Shown here: piece after piece, positions 10,258 through 22,968 of the stretch
Position numbering within the stretch: position 1 is the first letter of the stretch
Layout: each line of letters begins with the position of its first letter
Assembly (NCBI RefSeq): GCF_009914755.1
Contig: NC_060931.1
Source: the human T2T-CHM13v2.0 reference genome, Homo sapiens
Strand: one strand, 5' to 3'
DNA: 64,000 nucleotides
Position numbers and translations under genes: made by a program
The notes under the pieces: model-generated
What the model was told of the DNA's origin: nothing
The model's input: only the letters and a program-made list of their open reading frames with translations
Databases searched by the model: none

Positions 10258-13200
10258 CAGCCCTTATTGATCACAGTGTGGTCCAGAGCATGGAGTCTTG
10301 GCAGCTTCACCCAGGAGGAGACCTGGACACTTGAATGACCCCCAAGATAGTCATCCAAATGCCTGGACATTCTCCCTAGAAATAGAGCCAGCTGGGGAAA
10401 GCAAGGCAGATCTTCAGAGTCTGAGCAAGCAACTCCTGGACCCAGTGGGCACCACTTGGCACCATGGCCATCATGCAGGAGGCTACAGGTCTTTTTTGAC
10501 TTCTTGCACATGGCTGTTTTCAAGGACCTTAGAGAGTTACAGCAGCTTGGCCAGCAGCACCCAGGACAATTTACCCACTGTGAATTGCTGGGTCTGGCCT
10601 TAGGCAGACCCTGCCAGATCCCCAAGAAAGGATTCAAAAGGAATCAGCTGAGAGCAATGAGGTGATTTCCCTAATTCCTGCTGTGTCTGGGATAGAGTGG
10701 GTTAGAACGCAGGCCCCCTGGTTCCTCTCCGGAGAACAGAGCTAGGAGGGCCGGCTTCTCCAAGAGGGACCCAGGTCCCAGGTGAGAGGCCTGTCTGCTC
10801 CAGGTTAGCCATTGCTCATGTCTGACTTGATAAGCTCTCCCCAAAAGTCCTCAGGTAGAACTGGCCCTGGAGCTCAGAATCCTCAGGCTGCGTGTAGCCC
10901 ATGAGGGAGGAGCCATGGTGGTGTGAGGCCAGGAGTCCCGGGGAGAGAAAGTCAAGTGTGAGAGTCACCACTCCCCACGCCCATGGTGTCCAGCGCCTCA
11001 TTATTCCTCCACTGACGGCATTACCTGTGTGCCCCCGCCCCTCCCTGGCACATACTTTGGTGAAACTTGGTGGCACGTCTTTCTGACAGCCCCACATCCC
11101 ACCAACATTCTGATCTGGGGTGATGCTCCAAGCTGCCATATAAAATTGACCCTTTGATCTTGGGGGCTACAGGGACAGTCAGTGGAGGTGGTAGGGCCTG
11201 GCTGGCTGGATCTCATTCCTCAGCTGGAGGTCCTGCCGTAACACACACTTGTTCTGGCCAGGGCTCTTACGGGGTTCTCATGTGTGCTGCTTATACTCAA
11301 GGTGCGCTATAGTTAGGTGAGGGTAGGAAGAGCCAGGGAGGGGCCATGGGGAGAAATGTTGAGTCAGTTCAACTCCAGAAACACTAGTTTCCCTTGGTCC
11401 TCGTGGGGACTCACAGTTTCTACTTGCAGCGCCTCAGGCTTAGCCAGAACAAGCGCTTACACTGTCTGAATCAGACCCTTTATGGTCCAGTAAACTGTGC
11501 TTCCCTTGACTACATGCAGCCCCTTAGGGGGCCCAGGAAGTCAGGAGGGGTGTGGATGATGACTTGGTGTGAATCTCTTCATCATCCCCACTCCTGGAGA
11601 AGCTGTCCTGCCCCCAGCAGAGAAGCACACTCTCACCATGGTCTCTGATTTTATTTTTATCCATCAAGAAGAGAATGCCCATCTCACTTATTTCTTGACC
11701 TCCAAGGTGCTTCTGGTAGGGTGCGATGTGTATTCACAGTGAACACAATCGGCAGAGGGCAAGATGCCAGCCCACTCTTTTGTGAAAGGGTCTGAAATCA
11801 TCTCACGGTCTTCACAGTTGCCTTGGTTACATCTGCACCCAAGGATAAACCCTCCTTAGTTTTCCAATTGAAATTATGCCTGAGCCTTCCCACTTCTGAG
11901 TTTTTTCTCTGCCAAGGCTGGTTGAGACAAAGGTCAGATCAGTCACCAGGCAGGAAGGCGCTACCGCAGCTTGTCTGGTTTTGACCCCAACTTGGTGTTT
12001 CTCTCGGTATCACATCTGCCAAGTTCCTGAGGTGTGACCTGGATAGGGCTGGGACCAGGGTGAGGCAAGCCACGCGCCAAGGGTGCAGATTTGAAGGAGG
12101 CACTCACAGAGTGCGCACACATTGGCATGTTCTATTTTCATCTGTAGCTGTCCACTCAGCACCAGCCCTTGCACCAGTAGCCAGAAAAAGCTCTCCACAG
12201 GTTCCTCCCACTCCCCCTGAGTTATAAAAATTGCACCTTGGCCTCAGGATTGTGGGTTCTGCTTCTCCATCCACCTTTCCTGTTGAATAGTGAAGTCTCT
12301 TGAGCACCTGTTATCCATCCATTTAGGCTTCCTCCAAGCAGGGATTAAGACCCAGATAGTGCCAAGCACAGTGTTGGGTCCAGTGAGTGCCAAGGTCATC
12401 TCTCTGGGCTCTCGAGGAGGCAGCAGATGCCATGCTATCTATAACAAGCCACAGCAGTGGGTGGTGCCCTGGGACTTTAAGGGACAGAGGCCCTGGCCCA
12501 GGTGGCTGGGAAGTTTCCCAGAGGAAAGGAGAAGAGCTGGGGCTAGCAGATGGTGGGAAGGCATCGCTTATCTCTGGGCAGCTTGAGGAGTCTCCTGGTC
12601 TCCGAGGGTGGATGCAGCAGAGCCCAGGGCTTGGGAAAGCCACCAGGGAAGTATTGGTGGCTGAGACTCCTCCGCAGCGACCTCATCTCCCTCCTCTTGC
12701 TGGTGGACAGGATTAGTAGCGAAGGCGGGCAGTGGAGAGAAGGGCTCCCGTGACTGCCTCCATTTTATTTATTGGTTTGATTATTTTTGCGTCCTGGGGA
12801 GAGAGTGGACCCCGTTTTTTGCATTAGCCCATATTGGGAAGCAATGGGGATGGGCTAGAAAGCTGGTGCCTCAAGAGTGGTTATTGATGTCCTAATTACA
12901 AGAGGATGCTAATTTAATTTGAACCTAATTACAGTGCACTACCCTGGGTGGCATGTGTTTTAATAATTAACGTCCTTCAGATGCGTAGGAGTGTAATAAT
13001 ATTTACACTAGGTTGGCCAGCAGCCTGTGGAGGCGGACTGGGGGCCCATACACCACCTTCTCCCTGGACAGCTTGGCTGTGAGCAGGTGGGGAAGAAGGC
13101 ACATGGGTCCTGGCTGGCGAGTATCTTGTCATCCTTCCCATGTAACATGCTTGGGCCTCATTTCCAGCCACTTCCTTGACCCAGCAGGCAGCTTTGCTCT

Positions 13201-13409
13201 GTGGGGCACCAGGCTGGAACTCTGGAATACATCAAGACTGGCAGGATCAGGTCTCTGGGCTCCAGCCCCAAACCCACCTCCCCAACCCCAGTCTACCACA
13301 CAGGGATGTTTCTGGCCTCCTCAGCCTGCCTGGTCCTATTCCGGGAAGGGCTTGTTTAAGGGGGAGTTTAGGAGGGAGGAAGGAGAGCTGCTTGGTTTGT
13401 CTTCATTCC

Positions 13410-13830
13410 TGTAAGGGAGGTAACATTTATAAGGAAATAGACACATTCGAAAAGGTGCACAAATGAAAAGGGTACCGCTCAAATACAAAGTGAACATTAC
13501 CCACATAAACAGCACACACACCAAAAAGCATCAGCAGCCCCTCATGCACCCCTCCATAGCCGCTCTCACCCCCAAAAGTAACCCCTCTTGACTTCTATCC
13601 CAGTAGATGATTTTGGCCTATTTTGTTTGTTATGTTTTTATGTTGATTTGTTTTTCTTGGTTTGCGTGGCTTTACATTTTACATAAGGGGACTCAAACCA
13701 TATGTATTCTTATGTGCCTGATGTCTTCCACCCAGCACACCTGTGAGATTCATCTGCGTGGTTAGGTTCATTTTAGCTTGTGCATTTTGTGTGGTCCATT
13801 GTATGAATACACCACTCCTTGATTATTAGA
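13410..13830 (-). mobile_element. Old L1M 3' fragment
   Basis: Decayed L1ME-like text (tgtgagattcatctgcgtgg, ccattgtatgaatacacca). Confidence 0.55.
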
Positions 13831-14149
13831 AGTCAGACATTGAGCTGTCTGCTAGGGCTGTGTCAGGCCCTAAAGGAGAAATCTGCTCATCCTAATGATG
13901 CAACTGGGGGCAGAAGGTGACATGAGATGAGAAGGGGAAGCAAGATGACGGGGCAAGGCAGTTCCGTCCCCAACAATCCCAGAACAGTGTGCTTGTCTGT
14001 GTGACCCCTGTGCCCAGCCTTTCTGAGCCTCCACAGGTAGGGACAGGGCCTACCAGCAAGTCCAGAAGCCAAGCAGAACCAGGGGCTTCAGAAATGGGCC
14101 ATGGGCACTTTGGTGTCGCCACCAGCTCTCACTAGGCACTAAGTGTGGC

Positions 14150-14745
14150 TGGCAGGCCAACTACATCAGAATCACCTGGGGTGCTCGTTAAAATACAGCT
14201 TCCAAAAATAGTGCCAGAACTATATTAGGAGTGGTGGGGGGGTAAGTGAGCTGAGTCCTCCTCATCTGTCATAGCAGGAAGACAATGGGTAATGTCTGAA
14301 GTTGATAAAACAAGAACTAGCTTATTATTTAGCAATAAGATAGTAACCATCAGATCAAAAACATGATTAAAAGTGGTTGCCTGTAGGTAGCACACTAGGG
14401 ATGGGAAGCGCTGCTTTTTATTATAATCTCTACTATTGAATTTTCTAACCATTTGTGAGTGTTTTCAGTGGTCTTTTTAAATTCATTGTCATGTAAATAT
14501 ACATGTATCTAAGTGCCACTCCAGACCTACTACCCCAATCCCCGTGGGGTGGGGCCTGGGGATCCACTTTAACAAGTTTCCTAGGCGATTCTGATGAGTT
14601 CTCAAGTTCAAGAATTGGCTATCACTGTCCAAACTCATTTTATAGGATGAGAAGGGAGACAAAGTGACTTGCCCAAGGTCACCCAGTTTATTAATGGCAG
14701 GGCCAGGAATAGAAAACAGATCTCCCGGCCCCAGGCCTATGATTT
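14150..14745. mobile_element. MER5-type hAT fragments split by an L1M fragment, followed by a MIR (~14620-14745)
   Basis: catcagaatcacctggggtgctcgttaaaatacag...tttaacaag...gcgattctgatg (MER5-like); gtgacttgcccaaggtcaccca (MIR core). Confidence 0.6.
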
Positions 14746-15353
14746 TTCTCTCCGTCATGGCTTTCGCCTTGGAGGGTATCCATCCCAGCAGGCCTGGCCC
14801 TCGGGGGCCTGCAGGGTGAGCTGGGGTCCCAGTTCAGACAAAGTAGGCTAGGGTGTCGTTGCACAGGGCGGAGGAGTGACTCCTGTCACGGGCCCAGAGC
14901 CCTCAAGCAGGCAGATATTTCTAACCACTGCATGTTGACAGTGCCCTGGATTTCTGCAGATCCATTGCAGGAACCAGCACATGCAAAAATGGGGCTGCTC
15001 CTGTGGCTCTGCCAGCAGCAACATCTTTGAGGTTTCTTTCCCCAGGATGGGAATGAGTCTGCCCTGAGCCATCCATAGCCCCTGAACATTCAGGCATTTA
15101 GCATTTCCTGAGCTGCTCCAGGCACTGTTCTAAGGGCTGGGAGAAAAAGGGAGAGTTATCTTTGGCCTCGTGGGGCTCACAGTATACTGAGAACAGATGT
15201 TGGTGATAGAAAGACCTAATTGATGTAATTGATGTATGTACAAATGCTGTGGCCTTAGCTTGTGGAGTTGACAGTGGCCATGCCCCATCACCCAGCAATT
15301 TCCTCCTGGTTCTGTGGCCAGGGGCTATTTGCATGTGTTAAGAACAACCCACC

Positions 15354-16240
<887 letters not shown>

Positions 16241-17619
16241 AGGAACTCAAAGGAGAAAGCTCTTCCAGGGAGGTGAGGAAGGTTTTGAGGACAGGGTGAC
16301 AACTTCAACAGTTTACCTGATAAACAATGGGTCTGGTTGAGGGAACTCACTGAGCAAAGCCCTCTCATGGCTGGTGGGGCTCTTCTCAGAAGGCTCTCTG
16401 CATTCCAAGTCTAGCGTGTGGCCACAAAACTAGGGACTTTGTTCTCACCAGCCCTGGGCACTGACCAGCTGAAGCCCCACCCTTTTGGGAAAAAGCAGCC
16501 ATCCAGGACAGGGAGAGCTGACCAGGCCTGCACGAGACACTGACTTCAAGGTACCCTGCTCACTTCAGATTAAAGTGTAAGTTACGGGAAGTGCACAGAT
16601 CTTAAGCATATGTGGATTTTTGCGAATATATATAGTGAAGCTACCATTTGGATCGACTGTAGAACATCAGCATCCCTGAAAGCAACAACTTTTACCCCTA
16701 TCACCATAGTTTGGGCTGTTCTTGGTGCCAGGGTCTTTTAAAGGACATTTTTTCCCTGAAATAGTCCTGACGACATGATGGGACCTTACAATCTCTAGGT
16801 ATCTTTGCCAGAGTGCCTGTGCCTGGGGCTTGAATTGACACAAGGTAGGATAGGGGCTTCAGAGCCCCTACCCCCCCAACCTCTTCACAGCTGCCTCAGA
16901 ACCTTAGGCAAGGCCAGCAGGAGACAAGGGTCCCTCACCCTGCTGCTTGAGGGCCTTGGCTGTGTCTAGCCAGGCAATACAGACCTATTATCCCAGCTCA
17001 ATCGAGTCATTCTAGGCCCTGGGCCCAGTCACTGCTATGGATCAGGTGATACTGATGCAATTCAGTGAGCAGGCAGCTTCAATCTATAGGAGTCATCTGG
17101 GCCTGGGAGATAGGCCAGCTCCCCCTCCACTTGGGCAGATCTCACTCTCCTGCAGCCACGTGAATGCCACAGGTCTAAGACAGATCCTGTGGTGTTAACA
17201 TTTTGTGTTCTCAATTACGTAGAACAAAATGAGGCCAAAGCTACTTACGGTTATTCTAAATGATACTTCTGTTTGGCTTCACAATGCGTTTACATGCTTG
17301 ACTCACCTGTGGTCAGCAGTCTCAGCCTCAGAGATGTCACAGTAGAGGAAATGGTATTGATGGAGCCAAGTCCGCCCTCCAGCCCACTGCAGAAACAACC
17401 AAGCCTGAGTTGGCCACCTCCCTCCAGCCTGTCCTAACACATGCTCAGGACAGGACCTGACCAGTGGGTAAGGAGTTTGGGTTTCAAAGAAGCAGAACCA
17501 TAGGCTGAGTTCAGAGACTGAATCAATAGATAGATAGATGTCAGACAGACTAATAATTATCAGGCCAAGTTGGTGCTGGTCAAGAACTTGGCCATGAGAT
17601 TGATCTCAAGGAGTCAGTG

Positions 17620-18010
17620 GTGGAGGATATGGTTGGTTCTGAAGGCAGACGGGCTGAGCTTGAGTCCTAGCGTGCCGCACGCTAGCCGAGTGCCCCAAGT
17701 GGGCTAATTAACCTTTCTGAGGTGGTTCCCTCATCTGTAGACTGAAGAATAAAAGATAAAAATTCCTACATCGTAAGGTTAATAAAAGAATTCAGAGGCC
17801 AGGCGCGGTGGCTCAAGCCTGTAGTCCCAGCACTGGGAGACCAAGGCGGGAGGATCGCTTGAGCCTAGGCATTTAAGACCAGCCTGGGTAACATAGTGAG
17901 ACCCCAGCTCTACTTTTTTTTTAATTAAAAAAATAAAAAAGGAATTCAGTGAGATTTGTAAAGCACTTTACACAGGGCCCAGCACAGATTCTGTGTTCAG
18001 TGTTTGCTGT
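17620..18010 (+). mobile_element. MIR interrupted by an Alu monomer (FLAM/AluJ left arm, 17797-~17940)
   Basis: MIR core (cctcatctgta...gtaaagcactt); monomer flanked by aaargaattcag direct repeats. Confidence 0.7.
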
Positions 18011-18481
18011 TATCACCCAGGGAGGAGGGTGCAGGCATGGAATAACCTCTCTGCTCTTGAGAGCATTGTGGGGTTGAGGCCAGAAGGGAGTCAAGGTGTC
18101 AGGAGGTGGGGGGTGGGGAGGCTGAGATGACTGGGCTGAGTCTCTGGCTGTCCAGTTGTGGAGTGATGGGAAGCAGGAGTCATGCACACCCAGGGCAGGG
18201 GGTTCCATCCCTTCACCTTGCTGGCGTGGAACTAGTCCTGTAGCTAAGGTGTTCAGCGCATGTGCACTGAGTACCTGTCGTGCCAGGCACCATTTGGGTG
18301 CTGAAGTTACAGAAGCAAACAGCACAGAGCTCCTGGCTGCATGGACTAGGGAGAGGACATATGCCCATACTCACCTGGCATGGAGGACACCATGCCTAGC
18401 CAAAACTTACACATAGACACTTTGCCTCAGACCTGAAATCTGGATTTAGACAGCAGAAGGAAGTTAGTGGTAGGGGTTGGG

Positions 18482-18482
<1 letters not shown>

Positions 18483-18528
<46 letters not shown>
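18483..18528. repeat. (TG)n microsatellite with one interruption
   Basis: Read directly. Confidence 0.95.
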
Positions 18529-18533
<5 letters not shown>

Positions 18534-19979
18534 GCCTCTTGGAGGAGCCAGTTCTGATTCACAGACCTGAAAACCAGCAGCAGAAAATGACTCCTCCCTG
18601 CTGATGTGGGTGTAGTTCTGGAGAAAGTCCTGTGCTGGGGCTGAGTGGACCATGGGCAGGGAGTGGGGTGGAGCAGGGGCAGTGCTAGGGGGCAGGATGC
18701 TGCAGTGCACCCCACCCACCATGGGAAGCCCCGAGATGGAGTTTACTGGGGCCTGGATGCAGGGGGAGCAGCCAGTATCACAGCTGCACTCCTGCCTCGA
18801 CTCCAGCACATAGGCCTCACTGGCTGTGAACAGGGAAACACTAGTCTCAGGTTCCCAGGGAGCAGAGCTATGCAGAGGGAGCCCTCCAGAGTCAGGCGAA
18901 GGGCATCATGCCAGGCAGGAAGTATTAGCACTGATGTGGGGGCACCTCCTAGGCCGTCCTCATGTCCACTGTGTGAGTGGCACACAGTGCATGACAGTTG
19001 GGGACATTCCCATTTGACAGGGTGACAAACCAGAAGAGGTGGGTGCCTGATTCCAAGTTACACAGGGTGTGAGGAGCTGCACAGAGGCCACCATGATGAG
19101 CCACTTACATGACCTTGACCCCTAGTGAGAAGGACCCGTGTGGGCAAAGACAGATCTGAAGCTGCACTTTACTCAACAGCTGGGGAGGGCCGTTTCCAGA
19201 GGGGGCTTCACAAGGTGCAGTCGCACAGGCACTCGGGTTTGCAGGGAGGAGGATGTCCTTGGGAACTAGCCTGGCGGCCTTGTCTCATCTGGCCTGATCT
19301 GTAGAGGGCAGCTCCCAGGGGGGAGACCCGAGGCAGAGATCACAAATAGTGCCATGTCTGATCAATTGATAGTGGCTCCCTGGGGTGCCCTGTAGTCAAG
19401 GATTCTAAGGTCATGCCAGAAAGTCAGCTGTAATCAATTATTAATGTCTACCAAGGGTGTGGGAAAGGGGGATGGTCATGTGTGTCCCATATATTTGCCA
19501 TCCTGTGTCAGTGCTTTCATGGGAAGAGGGTTCAGGAATCTTACTACATCAAAGTAGGGGGCACTTCCACAGCATCCTTGACGCAAGTATCCACTTCTGC
19601 TTGCAGAGAGGGCTGGAAACTCCCTCTCAAGGAAGTGGCGCCCAAATCAGTTCTTACCTCGTTACTGCTATCGTGTTCCAATTGCAAATACTGTTTTGCA
19701 GTTCATAAGCAGAGTTAAACACCTACTCTCTGCTGGGCACAAGGGACCCACAGCTGAGCCAGTCAAGTCCCCTGATACTATCTGCAGATACTTGAACCTG
19801 GTAAACTTCAGTGAGACCACTTTTCTTGGGGAGAGGGAGAGGCCCCTAAAGGCAGGGACAAGAGAGTTCTCCAGAAGCAGGAAGAGTTAAGGCCCTGAAC
19901 CTGGAGGTGGCTCCTTGGGCATTTCCTGAAGACCAAGCTTCCATTTTCCTCTGGTGCCTTCCAGGCCAGCAGGCCCTGG

Positions 19980-20130
19980 AGCAGCGCTTCTCAAACTTTA
20001 ACTTGCTTGTGAATCATCTGGGGATCTTGTTAGAATGCACATTCTCCTTCAGTAAGTATGGGGCAGGGCCAAGAATCTGCATTTATAACCGGCTCCCAGG
20101 AGGTGCTTTGGGCCAAAGGACCACCCTGAG
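19980..20130. mobile_element. MER5A-type DNA transposon
   Basis: cagcgcttctcaaacttt...gaatcatctggggatcttgttagaatgc...gaatctgcattt. Confidence 0.7.
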
Positions 20131-20857
20131 GAGCTATCCCCTCCCCAGCCCTTTCAGGCCAGAGGCTACCAGCAGGAGGTAGTAGGTAGAGAAGCCCACC
20201 TGGTTCCCACAGAGGGCTCCTGGGAGGTCTGACCAAGGCCTGAGTTTGGAGGCAGGGAGCAAACAAGACTCATGCTACCTAAAGCCAGAAATATAAGGGA
20301 AAGAGCCAGACCCTGGCACAGCTCTGCAGGAGAAGCTGCCTGAGGAGAGGGGCTGGGGCTGAGGCTGGTGAAGAATCTCTGCTCTAGGAGCTCCAGGGCC
20401 AACATAGAGTGCAGGCAGAGCTAAGCTCTGGAGTGTAGGCTCTCTAGACTGTACACCTCCAAAATGATCATGATGTCAGCAGCAGCTCAAGATCTGTGTG
20501 CTCCCACAAGGGCTAAGCACTTTATGGGTAGTCTTATCAGGGAAGGACCCTTCCCCCGGTTTTACAGATATCCTCTGGAAGACAGGCCTAGAGTCCATGA
20601 CTTGCAAGTATTCAATAAATGATTTATGAGTGAATGACGAAAAGTGCAGCTGAGTCCTGGCAGAGGGCATGGGGTCCCACCCAGAGACAGGCAGAGAAAG
20701 TTGAAGTCCCAGGATTGGAGGCCGTTCTTCCTCACCTCCCCACCAGGCCCAGGCAGGGCTTGATCTGAACGGAGGCCTGGGAACCTGTGGCCAGCCTTTA
20801 CTTGTTGGAAAAGAGCAGTCCTTAAGCTCAATTGCTCCAGGTTGATGCTTCCCTACT

Positions 20858-21179
20858 TTTTTTTATTTATTTATTTTTATTATTATTTTTTTTTTATTGA
20901 GACGGAGTCTTACTCTGTTGCCAGGTTGGAGTGCAGTGGCGCGATCTCGGCTCACTGCCACCTCCGCCTGCTGAGTTCAAGCCTCAGCCTCCTGAGTAGC
21001 CTCCTGGGTAGCTGGGACTACAGGCGTGCGCCACCACGCCAGGCTAATTTTTTGTATTTTAGTATAGACGGAGTTTCACCACTTTGGCCAGGATGGTCTC
21101 GATCTCCTGACCTCGTGATACTCCCGCCTCGGTATCCCAAAGTGCCGGGATTACAGGCATGAGCCACAGCGCCCGGCCC
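20858..21179 (-). mobile_element. AluS (Sc-like) with internal deletion and duplication
   Basis: Antisense Alu; tgttgccagg variant; agcctcctg(a/g)gt duplicated near 20986-21010. Confidence 0.85.
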
Positions 21180-21199
21180 CTAGTTCTTTTTAAAAAACG

Positions 21200-22330
21200 C
21201 TAGATCCGTCCGCTGCGCTGAGTGGAGGCGGGGCAGGCCTCCGTTCTCCAATTGGCCTTATCCACCGAGCTCTTCCCTTGTGCCGGGCTCTGTGCCAAGC
21301 ACATCACACGCTGTATCCTGCGGCCAGGTTGCTGTGGTCCAGGGTCGTACCCTGGTCCAAGGTCGCAAACCGAGGTGGGACTCCGATCCGGCAACCACGC
21401 CCGTGGCCCGGAAACGGCGTCCCCTGAGGCCCAGGAGAGGCCGGGCGGTGAGCGGCTGTGGAGCCGAGCGCGGGCAGTGCGGATGCTGCCTATGGGGGAG
21501 GCAGCCAAGGACGGAGGGCGAGAGGCGGTTCTTCCAAGGTCACCCTCTTCCGGGTTGCAAGCAAAGGTCAGGGGATCCCGGAATGGTTAGTGCAGGAGCT
21601 TCTCTGTGCCTTCCACGTCCTAGATCCTCAGAGCCTCAGAAACGGAGATCATCGTCCCCACCCCCATTTTACAGATGAAGAAACTGAGCCGAGGAAAGGA
21701 AGCGACTTGGCCAAGGTCGGAGAGCTCATTCTTTGCAGGGCGGGGTTTGGAACCCGGGGTCTGGCTCTCGGCAACGCGCCCTCGGCCCGCAGCCTCCTGC
21801 CCCCTGTGCCCCGCTTCGGCCCCCAGCGCAGCTGCAGAGGGGCCCCCCTCGACGCATACACTCAAGAGCCCGACCGCGCGGCTGAAATCGCGGAGCTCGG
21901 AGCCGCGGCTGGCTGAGCGATCGCGGTTCCTGGGCTGCGTGCGCGCCCCTTGGAGCTGAAAGGAGCGCCAGGATCGGGGGCGCTGCACCGGGCTGGGCCC
22001 CTCAACGCTCGCAGACCGGGCCGGGCTGCAGCTGGAGATGGCAGCAATCCCGGGAGGTCTCCGGGCCTCTTCAGGGTGCGTCCAGGAGGCGGGTTCCGTG
22101 CGACGCGGTGCAGCCCACCCCCACCCCGAGACCGCTTAACTTCGCGGGGGCAGCCTCGGGCGCTCGGAGACGCGGAGGCCCAGACTGCAGCCTCCGGATG
22201 CTGGAAGCCCAGACTCCCTGGGGTCACCGGCTCTCCCGCCACCCCAGCTGCAGAGAGTCCCATTGCTTCACCGTCCGGAGCTTAGTCTCCTTGTTCCTCT
22301 ACCAGTCCCTCCCTCCGCAGGTCTCTGGGG
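21200..22330. promoter_or_regulatory. Orphan CpG island ~11 kb downstream of the SND1 poly(A) site
   Basis: Very high GC and CpG density outside Alus; GC box ggaggcggggc near 21224, CCAATTGG near 21248, NRF1-like tgcgtgcgc near 21936; contains MIR remnants (~21655-21760). Confidence 0.85.
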
Positions 22331-22500
22331 ACTTCTGACCGCCTGTTCTTACTCTCCCCCTGCCCCCATACTTCCCGCCCTTGTCTCAGGAACGGTGATA
22401 CAGTCACCGGATTGCTCTCCATCTCCTGTTAGTCTACACTGCACACAACTCAATAATCCGCGCCCTTCCATCCGGGTGACAGAGACACAGATAATCTGAG

Positions 22501-22968
<468 letters not shown>

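Noticed and set aside
11749-11761. Weaker CTCF-like matches (also ~19298, ~20657, ~21969)
   Set aside because: Mismatches at the conserved 5' CC positions; cannot be supported without a PWM scan or ChIP data.
21200-22340. Many overlapping 100-150 aa ORFs in the CpG islands (also 53000-53700) and the 227-aa ORF at 34198-34881
   Set aside because: Stop-codon depletion in GC-rich DNA; no homology recognised.
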